DNA of 64,000 nt from an uncultured Acidimicrobiaceae bacterium (GTDB lineage: Bacteria; Actinomycetota; Acidimicrobiia; Acidimicrobiales; RAAP-2): contig CAWEVL010000007.1 of NCBI GenBank assembly GCA_963812525.1, positions 9-64,008 of the forward strand, given 5' to 3'. Shown here piece after piece: positions 49,088 to 59,153 of the stretch. Under the pieces are notes generated by a model. The model was not told the DNA's origin, did no database searches, and was given only the letters and a program-made list of their open reading frames with translations. The stretch's first letter is position 1; each line of letters opens with the position of its first letter. A program made the translations under genes and the position numbers.

Positions 49088-52000
49088 ATGTCCATTGACG
49101 TGGCAGACGTGACGCACGAGGTCGGCGTCGGCCACGACGTCTCGGGGTCTGCAGTGCACGTCCTGATGGGCATGGTCCAGGCCCATCGCGGGGAGGCCGG
49201 CGTGGTCCAGGTGCTGGCGCTGGCCGAGGAGCCACGGCCCTTCGCCGAGCTCGCCGACCCCACCCGCTGGAGTTCGCTGCCGCGGACCGTAGCGCTGCTC
49301 AACGCCGCCGCCCTGGTCACCGGGGACGGTGCCATCGGGTTCCACGTGGGAGAAGCGCTGCTCTTCACGCCGGACGGGCGCGAGCTCGCCGACCGGCTCC
49401 GGGCCCTCGGTTCGACTCGGGGCGTCATGGAGGAAGTGGGTGGGGTGCTCGAGCACTTCGAGACCACCTCGGCCGCCGCCACACTGGAGCTGGCCGGGGA
49501 CCACGCCCTCGTCGAGGTGGCCCCCCGCCGCCCACCCGAGGCGCGGCACGCCCACCTGTGCGAGATGACCCGCGGGCTGCTCTCGCAGATCCCGGTGCTG
49601 TTCGACCGGCCACCCGCCCTGATCACCGAGACCGAGTGCAGTGCACGGGGCGGTCGGCGCTGCCTGTACGCCATCAGCTGGGAGGTCCCGGACGCGGAGT
49701 CGGACGCAGACGCCCGACCGGACGCGGAGTCGGACGCAGACGCCCGACCGGACGCGGAGTCGGACGCAGACGCCCGACCGGACGCGGAGTCGGACGCAGA
49801 CGCCCGACCGGACGCGGAGCCGGACGCAGACGCCCGACCGGACGCAGTCGCCGGAGGGGCGACGGGATCAGTCACCTACCGTCGTGGTCACGCCGGCGAG
49901 TCGGAGGCGGAACTGCGGGAGCAGCTCCACCGGATGACCGTGCTGGTGGAAGGGGCCTTCGCCACCTCGCTCGAGCTGCTGGACGACGATGTCGAGACCC
50001 TCCTGACCCAGATCGCAGCCCGCGCCGACGCGGTCGTCTCGGCGCACCGGTACCTCCTGATGGTCCGGGTCCGTTCCGGTATGCCGATCCAGCTGCACCA
50101 CCGGGGCCTCGACCCCGGGGAGGCCCAACGGTTGGCCGCCGATCTCTGGCGCGTCCCTCCCGGGGAGGGCGACGGCTCCTACCTGGCGGTGGACATCGCC
50201 TCCTCCCGGCGGCGCTACGGCCGGCTGATCGAGTTCCCGCCACCCGGCTCGAGCCCATCCCCGTGGGAGTCCCGGGTGCTCGACCTCTACGCCGAGTACG
50301 CGGCCACCGCACTCGACATCTTCAGTGTGCTGACCGAGGCCAAGCGGAGCGACGCCACCGCCCGAACCCTCCTCTCCTTCTCCGAGTCCCTCTCGAGGGT
50401 GACCACCTTGGCCGAACTGGTCCAACTGCTGGCCGACACCGTGCCGGCCGTCACCAACTGCGACCAGTCCACGGTGTACCTGTGGGACAGCGGCGCCGGT
50501 CAGATGGTCCCGCGGGCCCGGACCGCCGGCCTCGAGGATCCACACGCCTACCACGGCCCGATCGTCCCCATCCGACCGTCCCACCGGCGGGCGGGGGCGG
50601 GCGAGGGACCCCCTCCGACGGATGCCGCCCCCGAGGGGCCCGAGCCCGGCTCGGGCGATCCCCTGGCCGTCCGCACCGACGCGACCATCGTCGAACGGAT
50701 GATGCTCCACCGGGAGGTGATGGTCCTCGATGCCACCACCGACGACCCCTACCTCCAGAACCTCCTCCGCCGATCGGGCACGGCCGCTTCCGTGGTGGCG
50801 CCACTGTTCGCCGCCGGGGAGTTTCTCGGGGTCATCTCGGCCAACTTCGGAGGCGACACCCCGACCGCCTCGATCCACGACCCCGACCTCCACGAGCGCC
50901 TGTCCGGGCTGGCCGACCAGGCCGCCACCGCGGTACAGAACCTGGAGCTCCTGGAGAAGGTCTCGCACATGGCCTGGCACGACGCCCTGACCGGGCTGCC
51001 CAACCGCAGGCTGTTCGAGGACCGGGTGGAACAGGAACTGGTCCGGTCCCGCCGGGTGGGCGAGCCGGTCTGCATGTTCTTCGTCGACCTCGACCACTTC
51101 AAGTCGGTCAACGACACGCTGGGCCACGCTGCCGGAGACGATCTCATCCGTCAGGTCAGCCAGCGGTTGGTGGAGACGGTCCGCGCCCAGGACACGGTGG
51201 CCAGGGTGGGAGGGGACGAGTTCGCCATCCTGCTGCCGGGCCTGGCCGACCAGTTGGCCATCGACCAACTGGCCCAGCGCTCCCTCGAGGCCCTGGGCGC
51301 CCCCTTCGAGGTCTTCGACCAGGAGGTGGAGACCTCCGGGTCCATCGGCATCGCCATGGCCCCCGACCACGGCGACTCCTACGACGACCTCCTGAGCCGG
51401 GCCGACGAGGCCATGTACCGGGCCAAGGACCGGGGTCGAAACGCCTTCCAGATGTACTCGGGCTCCCTGGTCAACTCGGCCCACGGCCGCCTGGCCATCG
51501 ACGAGGACGCGCTCTACGCCGATCTGGTCCGCGCCCTCCAGCACGACGAGTTCTTCCTGCTCTACCAGCCCTACATCGACCTCCGCACGGCAGAGGTGGT
51601 CGGGGTGGAGGCCCTCATCCGCTGGAACCATCCGACCTTCGGCGTGCTCGAGCCGTCGTCGTTCATCTCCATGGCCGAGCGGACCGACGTCATCGTGGCC
51701 CTGGACACCTGGGTCCTGGCCGAGACGTGCCGTCAGGCCCGGGCCTGGATGGACGACGGACTGCCCCCGCTCCGGCTGTCCGTCAACCTGGCCTCCCGGG
51801 ACCTGTCCAACCCCGAGCTGTTCGACAACATCCACCAGGCCCTGATGGAGACCGGGATCGATCCGTCCCTCCTCGAGCTCGAGATCACCGAACGGGTGGT
51901 CCTGGACAAGTCCGGTCCGGCCCGGCAGACCATCGAGCGCCTCCGCCGCCTCGGGGTGCGGTTCACCATCGACGACTTCGGGACCGGCAATTCGTCGTTG

Positions 52001-52312
52001 AGCCGCATCGGCACCTTCCCGGTCAGCACCCTCAAGATCGACCAGTCGTTCGTCCAGGTCCTGGGGCCCGACGCCGACAACAACTCCCTGGTCTCCGCCA
52101 TCATCTCCATGGCCGCCCGGCTGGGCCTGGACTGTGTGGCCGAGGGGGTCGAGACCTCGGTACAGAGCCGGGTGCTCCTGCAGCGAGGCTGCACCACCGC
52201 CCAGGGCTACTACTTCAGCCCTCCGCTGCCCGCCAAGGACATCGAGGCGATGATGGCCGACATCTCCACTGGAGATCCTCCGACGGTCGTCGACGACGAC
52301 GACCACGCCTGA
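49088..52312 (+). CDS. Multidomain c-di-GMP signalling protein: V4R-like N-terminal sensor, (PDAESDADAR)x5 linker, two GAF-like domains, GGDEF, EAL
   Basis: LTGLPNRR...VGGDEFAILL (GGDEF), and EALIRW...ELEITE...DDFGTGNSSL...KIDQSF (EAL). The N-terminus ends in ETECSARGGRRCLYAISW. Confidence 0.9.
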   Translation: MSIDVADVTHEVGVGHDVSGSAVHVLMGMVQAHRGEAGVVQVLALAEEPRPFAELADPTRWSSLPRTVALLNAAALVTGDGAIGFHVGEALLFTPDGRELADRLRALGSTRGVMEEVGGVLEHFETTSAAATLELAGDHALVEVAPRRPPEARHAHLCEMTRGLLSQIPVLFDRPPALITETECSARGGRRCLYAISWEVPDAESDADARPDAESDADARPDAESDADARPDAESDADARPDAEPDADARPDAVAGGATGSVTYRRGHAGESEAELREQLHRMTVLVEGAFATSLELLDDDVETLLTQIAARADAVVSAHRYLLMVRVRSGMPIQLHHRGLDPGEAQRLAADLWRVPPGEGDGSYLAVDIASSRRRYGRLIEFPPPGSSPSPWESRVLDLYAEYAATALDIFSVLTEAKRSDATARTLLSFSESLSRVTTLAELVQLLADTVPAVTNCDQSTVYLWDSGAGQMVPRARTAGLEDPHAYHGPIVPIRPSHRRAGAGEGPPPTDAAPEGPEPGSGDPLAVRTDATIVERMMLHREVMVLDATTDDPYLQNLLRRSGTAASVVAPLFAAGEFLGVISANFGGDTPTASIHDPDLHERLSGLADQAATAVQNLELLEKVSHMAWHDALTGLPNRRLFEDRVEQELVRSRRVGEPVCMFFVDLDHFKSVNDTLGHAAGDDLIRQVSQRLVETVRAQDTVARVGGDEFAILLPGLADQLAIDQLAQRSLEALGAPFEVFDQEVETSGSIGIAMAPDHGDSYDDLLSRADEAMYRAKDRGRNAFQMYSGSLVNSAHGRLAIDEDALYADLVRALQHDEFFLLYQPYIDLRTAEVVGVEALIRWNHPTFGVLEPSSFISMAERTDVIVALDTWVLAETCRQARAWMDDGLPPLRLSVNLASRDLSNPELFDNIHQALMETGIDPSLLELEITERVVLDKSGPARQTIERLRRLGVRFTIDDFGTGNSSLSRIGTFPVSTLKIDQSFVQVLGPDADNNSLVSAIISMAARLGLDCVAEGVETSVQSRVLLQRGCTTAQGYYFSPPLPAKDIEAMMADISTGDPPTVVDDDDHA
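49691..49840 (+). repeat. 30-bp coding tandem repeat x5 (four identical copies plus one with a single mismatch)
   Basis: gacgcggagtcggacgcagacgcccgaccg repeated head to tail, in frame. Confidence 0.95.
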
Positions 52313-52338
52313 AGCCGGCCCGTGCCGTGCGGTACGGA

Positions 52339-52358
52339 CTGCTAACTATAGCTAGCAG
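52339..52358. promoter_or_regulatory. AT-rich palindromic element ctgcta-actatagc-tagcag between the GGDEF-EAL stop and the small zinc-ribbon ORF
   Basis: 6-bp arms read directly. It also contains the nested palindromes CTATAG and GCTAGC. Confidence 0.25.
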
Positions 52359-52452
52359 TTGGCCGCCCTATCCCCCCTTCCCCGAGCGCTGACCGATACG
52401 TTCGGTCCATCCGATCACCGGATCGAGACCAGCGAATCGTTGAGGAGGAGCC

Positions 52453-52605
52453 ATGGCGTCGTACGAGGGATACTGCGTGAAATGCCGAGAGAAGCGGCAA
52501 TTCGAGGGCGAGGAGGTCGAGATGGCCAACGGCCGTCGCTCGGCCAAGGGCAAATGCCCCGTCTGTGGGACCGGGATGAACAGGATCCTGGGCAAGAAGG
52601 CTTGA
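52453..52605 (+). CDS. 50-aa zinc-ribbon protein (DUF5679-like), not in the ORF track
   Basis: The ATG is preceded by GAGGAGGAG. Translation: MASYEGYCVKCREKRQFEGEEVEMANGRRSAKGKCPVCGTGMNRILGKKA, with CxxC...CxxC. Confidence 0.75.
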   Translation: MASYEGYCVKCREKRQFEGEEVEMANGRRSAKGKCPVCGTGMNRILGKKA

Positions 52606-52632
52606 CGGATCGGGGCGAGACCGGGGTCGGGG

Positions 52633-53616
52633 TCAGCCCGGGAGCACGTACCGTTCAGCGTTGAGCGAGAGGGCGCCGATCACGGCGCCCTCTCGTAGTC
52701 CCCAGTCGCTGACCACCAGCCGCTGCAGGCCCAGGTGCTCGACCAGGGTGGAGAGCACCACGGCGCCGATGGGCAGGAGCGGGGCCCGCCGGGCATGGAT
52801 CCCGGGGAGGGCCAGACGGGCGTCGAGATCCAGCGTGGCCAGGCGGTCGGCGAGTTGGTGGAGCTGGCCGGCCGGGAGTTCCACTTGATTGACCTGGACC
52901 GACGAGGACGACTCGTGGGGGCCCAGCGGACGGTGGAGCACCACGGCCAGGCGGGCCAGGGCCCGCACCGTCCCGCCACTGGCGATCACCCGGGCCCCCG
53001 CAGCCGGATGGCCGGCCAGAATGGCGCCGATGGGCTCGGATCGGGCCAGGGTGACCTCCCTGACCGCCACCCGGTCGGCCGGGGTCAGCAGCTCACCGGT
53101 GCCCAGCTCACCCCGGAGCCGGGCCGTGCCCAGGGCCACACTGGTCACCTCGGACACCTCGTCGATGGTGCCGATGCCCGCCTCCAGGCTGCCGCCCCCC
53201 AAGTCGAGGCCCAGGACCGGCTCATGGCCCACCCAGACACCGGCCCGCTGCCCGAGGAAGCACAGCCGGGCCTCCTCCTCGCCGGTGAGCAGGGTGATCG
53301 AGCAGCCCAGGACCTGCTCGAAGCGGCCGAGGAGCTTGGTGCCGTTGGCCGCGTCGCGAAGGGCCGCCGTGGCCAGCGCCACCACCACGTCGACGCCCGC
53401 GTCGTCCGCCGCAGCCCGGAGCCGACGTACCGTCCGCACGGCCGAGGCGGCCCGGTCGGCAGGCACACCCCCGGTCCGCGCCACTTCGGTCCCGAGGTGC
53501 AGGAACGACCGGCGACGCAGCACCGGGGTCAGGAGCCCGTCACGGGACGCGTCCACCACCATGAGGTGGAACGAGCTGCTGCCCAGGTCGAAGACGGCGA
53601 CACGCACGGTGGGCAT
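52633..53616 (-). CDS. Ppx/GppA-family phosphatase (exopolyphosphatase / pppGpp phosphohydrolase family)
   Basis: VAVFDLGSSSFHLMV...LDLGGGSLE actin-like ATPase motifs. ATG at 53616 is preferred; the track start is 53661. Confidence 0.85.
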   Translation of the reverse strand: MPTVRVAVFDLGSSSFHLMVVDASRDGLLTPVLRRRSFLHLGTEVARTGGVPADRAASAVRTVRRLRAAADDAGVDVVVALATAALRDAANGTKLLGRFEQVLGCSITLLTGEEEARLCFLGQRAGVWVGHEPVLGLDLGGGSLEAGIGTIDEVSEVTSVALGTARLRGELGTGELLTPADRVAVREVTLARSEPIGAILAGHPAAGARVIASGGTVRALARLAVVLHRPLGPHESSSSVQVNQVELPAGQLHQLADRLATLDLDARLALPGIHARRAPLLPIGAVVLSTLVEHLGLQRLVVSDWGLREGAVIGALSLNAERYVLPG

Positions 53617-53715
53617 CGGCGCGACGCTACCGGGAACCATCCTCGGGGGAAAAACCGTCATCCCGGTGGCCTACGCTGGGGCGGTCGTGCACGGGCCGGG
53701 TCACGGCCGGCCCAA

Positions 53716-53789
53716 CGGGACGTAGCGCAGCTTGGCAGCGCGCCTGCTTTGGGAGCAGGAGGTCGCGGGTTCAAATCCCGCCGTCCCGA
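53716..53789 (+). tRNA. tRNA-Pro (anticodon TGG)
   Basis: Cloverleaf folded by hand: acceptor CGGGACG/CGTCCCG, anticodon loop TTTGGGA, T-loop TTCAAAT. Confidence 0.9.
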
Positions 53790-53838
53790 CCGATCGGCGG
53801 GTCGCCGCGCCGCCAGGTTCCCACCCGGCACGACCCGA

Positions 53839-55701
53839 TCAGGCGCTGAGCGGTAGGCCGAAGCTGGTCACGACCTCGCTGGCCGGGAGGGGCTTGGAGA
53901 ACAGGTAGCCCTGGGCCAGGTCACACTCGAAGGCCTGGAGCACCTCGAGCTGGAGTGCGGTCTCCACCCCCTCGGCCACCACCCGGAGGCCCAGCGCGTG
54001 GGCCAGGTTGATGACGGCCGAGACGATCTCCTCGCCCTCCACGCTCACGCCGAGCTCCTCCACGAAGGAGCGGTCCACCTTCAGGATGTCCAGGGGGAAG
54101 CGCTGGAGGTAGGTGAGGGACGAATAGCCGGTACCGAAATCGTCGATGGCCAGCTGGACTCCGAGCTCCTTCAGGGCCGAGAGGACCGACAGGGCCGAGG
54201 CGGCGTTCTTCATGAGGGCGCTCTCGGTGATCTCGAGGGTGAGGTGCTCCGGCGGCAGTCCGGTGCGGGTCAGGATCTGCTCGACGGTCCGCACGATCCG
54301 CGGGTCGTCGATCTGGCGGGCCGACAGGTTGACCTCGATCGAGCCGTGGGGCCCGGGCCGACCCGGGTGCTGCCAATCCTGGAGCTGGTGGCACGCCTCC
54401 TCGAGCACCCAGGCGCCGATGGGGATGATCAGGCCGCTCTCCTCGGCCACCGGGATGAAGCGGTACGGGGATACCAGTCCCTGGCCCGGATGCTGCCAGC
54501 GCACCAGGGCCTCGACGCCCACCGTGGTCACCCCCTCCAGCTCTACCACCGGCTGGTAGTGCAGCATCAGCTCGCTCCGCTCCAGGGCCCGGTGGAGCGA
54601 GTGCTCGGTCGACATCCGGTCCAGGACCTCGATGCGCATCGACTCACCGAAGGTCTCGGCCCCGGAGCCGCCCCGGGCCTTGGCCTGGTACATGGCGGCC
54701 TCGGCGTTGGAGAGCAGCTCCGCGGTGTCGTCCACGCCGAAGGTGTTGAGGGCCACGCCCACCGAGGCGTCGAGAAAGACCTCGGAACCCTCCACCAGGA
54801 ACGGCTCGGCCAACGACACCCGTACCCGGTCGATGAAGGCCGACGCGTTGATATGGGCGGTGCCCGCGCCGTTGCGGAAGAGGGCCAGGAACTCGTCGCC
54901 CCCGAACCGGGCGATGACCTCGGCGTCGCCGGCCACCTTCTGGAGCCGGGCGGCGACGGACGCCAGGACCAGGTCACCGAAGTCGTGGCCCATGGTGTTG
55001 TTGATGGTCTTGAACCGGTCGAGGTCGATCAGGACCACCGCCACCGAGCCGGGGACCCCCCGGCAGTCGGTCACTGCCGAGGTCAGCCGCTCACCGAAGT
55101 GGACCCGGTTGGGCAGCCCGGTGAGCAGGTCCTCCCGTCGGGCCCGATCCCGCCAGGGGCCCGAGCCCGGCTGGGGCGCGGATGCGGTGGCCGGCACCAC
55201 GGCCGGGCGGATGAAGCCCCCCACGCAGCGGGCCGCCCCCTGGCCGGTGACGAACAGGCGACCCTCCACGGGGATCCGATGGCCCTCCCGGTGGAGCAGC
55301 TCGAACCGACGGTGGAGACCGTTGCCGGCGCCGGTCCACAGGGGGTCGAGCAGGGCGGTGGGTTCGGCGGGAGGCGTCGAGGAAGGCCGGGTCACCGAGT
55401 CCGGCCGGGAGCAGGGTGTCCGTCACCGGCCGACCCACCACCTCGTCACGGGGCCAGCCGAACACCTCCTCGGCCCGTGGGTTCCACTCCATGACCAGGC
55501 CGGTGCCGCCGACCTCGAGGAAGGGCTCGGGCCACAGGGCCACGAACCCGGTACAGCGGTGGCGCCAGTTGGCGTAGGTGATCACCGGGGCCCGCCTGGG
55601 GCCGTGGACGGGAGCGGGATCCGTGACGGCGGGGGGAGCGGTCCGGTCACCCCGCCGCCCTCCCGGTGCTCCACGTTGCCCTCCGCGCACTGATCGGCCA
55701 T
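53839..55701 (-). CDS. PAS-GGDEF-EAL protein; +1 frameshift at about 55369-55373 and possibly a 1-nt deletion in the G6 run 55631-55636
   Basis: PAS (LVMEWNPRAEEVFGW) is in the frame of ORF 55091..55777. The rest (FGGDEFLALF, EALVRW, DDFGTGYSSL) is in ORF 53839..55395. The candidate ATG at 55701 has GAGGAG upstream; an alternative start is 55777. Confidence 0.8.
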
Positions 55702-55971
55702 GACTCCTCGTCCCACTCGGTTTCCGTGACCCGTTGCCGACGACCAAGGCCTGGTTGCTGGGACGCATGGTAGGCACTTGCCCTGGTTACTTCAAGGATT
55801 TGCCGGCGGGGCGACCCCGCGGGGGGTCCGGGGGCCGGTCCGGATCCCCGACCCGGGCCGCCCTCCGAAGGCCCTCCTGGTGGAACCACCAGGGCCGTCC
55901 TGCCGTGTACCGTGCCTGTCGTGGTCGTGGTCACCGGCACAGCGCAGAAGGCCGCGTGGGACGACGGGGTC

Positions 55972-56972
55972 ATGCCACCGGTGGAGGAGGTACGGCCCGG
56001 ACTCTGGTCCATTCCCGTCCCCATCCCCGACAATCCGCTGCGCTACGTGCTGGTCTACGCCCTCGAGCTGGCCGGGGGCGGCGTGGCCCTGGTGGATGCC
56101 GGGTGGAACACCGAGGTGGCCTGGACGGCGCTCAACGACGGGCTGGCCGCCGCCGGCGGCAGCATCAGCCGACGTACGGGCGGTGATGGTCACCCACATC
56201 CATCCCGACCACTACGGGCTGGCCGGCCGGGTCCGCGAGGCCTCCGGCTCGTGGATCGGCCTGCACCCGGCCGACGCCAGGATGCTCGAGGCCCGCTACG
56301 GCGACACCGACGAGCTGGTGGCCAACATGTCCCGGTTCCTGTCCCACTCGGGCGTGCCCGAGGACAAGCTCCCCGACCTGGCTGCGGCATCCATGGCCGT
56401 CAAGTCGATGGTCACCATGGCCGTCCCCGACGTCCTGTTCGAGGACGGGAAGGCCATCGACCTGCCCGGGTGGTCGCTCCGCACCATCTGGACGCCGGGC
56501 CACTCCCCGGGGCACGTCTGCTTCTACAGCGACGACCGACGGCTGCTCATCTCGGGCGACCACGTCCTCCCGCGGATCACCCCCAACATCTCGGCCCACA
56601 CCCAGCAGGTGGCCAACCCGCTGGGCGACTTCCTGGCCTCGCTGGCCAAACTGGAGGACCTTCCCACCGACGAGGTGCTCCCGGCCCACGAGTACCGGTT
56701 CGCCGACCTCAACGGTCGGCTGCAGGAGCTCATGGACCACCACGCCGACCGCCTGGACGAGATCGAGCAGGTGGTCACCGGCGTATCCCGGCTCCACCGC
56801 CTGGGAGATCACCCTCCGGCTGCACTGGTCCCGCCCGTGGGACGAGATCCAGTCCTTCATGCAGCGGCAGGCCAACGGGGAGACCATGGCCCACTGCATC
56901 CTGCTCGAGCTGCACGACCGGATCCGGCGCAAGGGTGACGCGCCGGCCCGCTTCTTCGTGGCCGGCGCCTGA
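55972..56972 (+). CDS. MBL-fold metallo-hydrolase; two apparent +1 frameshifts (about 56165-56172 and 56776-56790)
   Basis: The sequence VTHIHPDHYG (HxHxDH) ...TPGHSPGH...GDHVL is spread over three frames. The stop TGA at 56970-56972 shares one nt with the next ATG. Confidence 0.75.
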
Positions 56973-59145
56973 TGCCCGAGGAGCGGCCGGCCCAGCGGGT
57001 CCGCGGCATCCAGCGCCGGCGGCGGCGGGCGGCCACCGTCGCCGCCCTGGTCGTGCTGGTCGTCACCGGGGTCGTCGTGGCATCGTGCAACGGCGGCACG
57101 GCCTCCACGGCCACGACGACGTCGACCGCGCCGTCCCGTTCGGGCGGCGGCTCCTCCGTCCCCCGTCCGGCCTCGGCGGCTGCTTCGGTCGGGGCCACCG
57201 GGACCCAGCACCGGCGGCCGGGCCCCCCGTCCATCGAGGCCGGCGTCGAGGCGTGGCCGCTCGGCGCCCCGCTGTCCCGTGAGACGGTGGTGGCCAACGG
57301 CCGCGACCTCACCGTGCTGGGGGGCATCACCCCGGCCGGCACCTCGCTCGCCGGCGTGTCGACCATCGTGCCGGGTACCGGGGCCATGGCCCCCGCGGCC
57401 GCGCTGGCCGACCCGACCCACGATGCCGGCAGCGCCACCATCGGCAAGACCACCTTCGTCTTCGGCGGCGGCTCGCCGGACACCGTGGCCACCGTCCAGG
57501 CGGTGGCCGACGCCCACCGCCCCGCCGGCCGCCGGCACCACCGGCACCGTGGTGGGCCAGCTGCCCCAGCCCCGATCGGACCTGGCCGTGGCCACGGTCA
57601 CCGCCGGACACGGGACCGGGGCCACGACCACCGCCTACCTGGTGGGAGGGTACGACGGCACCACCTACCTGCCCGGGCGTGCTGGCCACCAGGGACGGCA
57701 CCCACTTCACCACGGTGGCCAGGCTGGCCGTCCCCGTCCGGTACCCGGCGGTGGTGGCCGCCGGGGGCATGGTCTACTGCTTCGGGGGCCAGACGGCCTC
57801 GTCCGGCACTTCCCCCACGGCCACCGACGCCATCCAGCGGATCGACCCGGCCACCCACAGGACCACCGTGGTCGGGCACCTCCCCCAGGCCCTCTACGGC
57901 GCCGCGGCCACCGTCCTCGGCACCACCGTCTACGTGGCCGGAGGTCAGAGCCCCGACGGCTCCACGCTGACCCAGATCACCGCCTTCGTCCCGTCGTCGG
58001 GCAAGGTGCTGCACGCCGGCCTGCTCCCCCAGGCCACCGCCTTCGCCGGCTACGCCACCGTGGGATCGGGACCCGGCGCCATCGGCTATGTGGTGGGGGG
58101 CGAGGTCACCGCCCAGACCGGGACCGACCAGGCCGGGGTGGCCTCGGGCTCGCTGAGCACGGTGATCTCCCTGCGGCCCAGCCCCTACGGTGGGCCGGCC
58201 GGATCGCCCGCCTCGGGGGCCCCGTACGCCGGCACCCTGCTGATCGCCGACCGGGGCAACGACCGCCTGGTGGCGCTGGACGCGGCCCGCAACCTGGTCT
58301 GGCAGTACCCGTCCGCCACCATGCCCCCACCCCCGGGCGGCTTCTACTTCCCCGACGACGCCTTCTTCATCAGGCGCGGCACCGGCATCATCTCCAATCA
58401 GGAGGACAACCACACCATCGTGGAGATCGCCTACCCGTCGGGCAAGATCCTCTGGCAGTACGGGCATCCCGGGGTCCCGGGTGCCGGCCCCGGGTATCTG
58501 AACCAGCCCGACGACGCCTACCTGCTCAAGTCGGGGGTCGTCACCGTGGCCGACGCATCGAACAACCGGATCCTCTTCCTCTCCCCCCAGGGTCAGGTGC
58601 TCAGCCAGATCGGCAACGGGGCCGACGCCCACGTCCCCCCGACCTCGGTCGCCTACCCCAACGGCGACACGCCCCTGGAGAACGGCGATGTCCTGGTCTC
58701 GGAGATCAACGGCTCGTGGGTCGACGAATACACCCAGAAGGGGGCTCTGGTGTGGACCGTGCACCTGCCGTCGGTGAACTACCCCTCGGACCCCCAGCAG
58801 CTCGGCTCCGACCTCTACCTGATGACCGACTACGACCCGCCGGCCGAGGGGCGCATCGTCGAATTCACCCGGGAGGGGAAGGTGACCTGGTCCTACGGGC
58901 CGCTCTCCGGTGAGGCCGCCCTGAAGAAGCCGTCGCTGGCCGAGCGGTTCGCCAACGGGCTGATCGTCGTCAACGACGACTACCGCAACCGCGTGGTCAT
59001 CATCGACCCCACCACCAACTCCATCGTCTGGCAGTACGGGATCACCGACGTCTCCGGCACCGCCCCGGGCCTGCTGTCCATCCCCGACGGCTTCGACAAC
59101 CTGCTGGCCAACGGCACCACGCCCACCCACCCCCAGACCGGCTGA
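56972..59145 (+). CDS. Lipoprotein with a Kelch-like N-terminal propeller and an NHL/ASST-like C-terminal propeller; two apparent +1 frameshifts (about 57511-57516 and 57673-57680)
   Basis: RRRRRAATVAALVVLVVTGVVVASC signal/lipobox. Kelch-like blades (TVLGG, FVFGGG, YLVGGYDG, YCFGGQ, YVAGGQ, YVVGGE). The C-terminus carries LLIADRGNDRLVALD, ADASNNRILFL and VNDDYRNRVVII. Confidence 0.7.
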
Positions 59146-59153
59146 GCCGGGGA

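Noticed and set aside
49691-49840. Regular 30-bp direct repeats that could be mistaken for a CRISPR array.
   Set aside because: The units are contiguous with no spacers. They lie in frame inside a well-supported CDS and encode a decapeptide repeat, and no cas genes are present.
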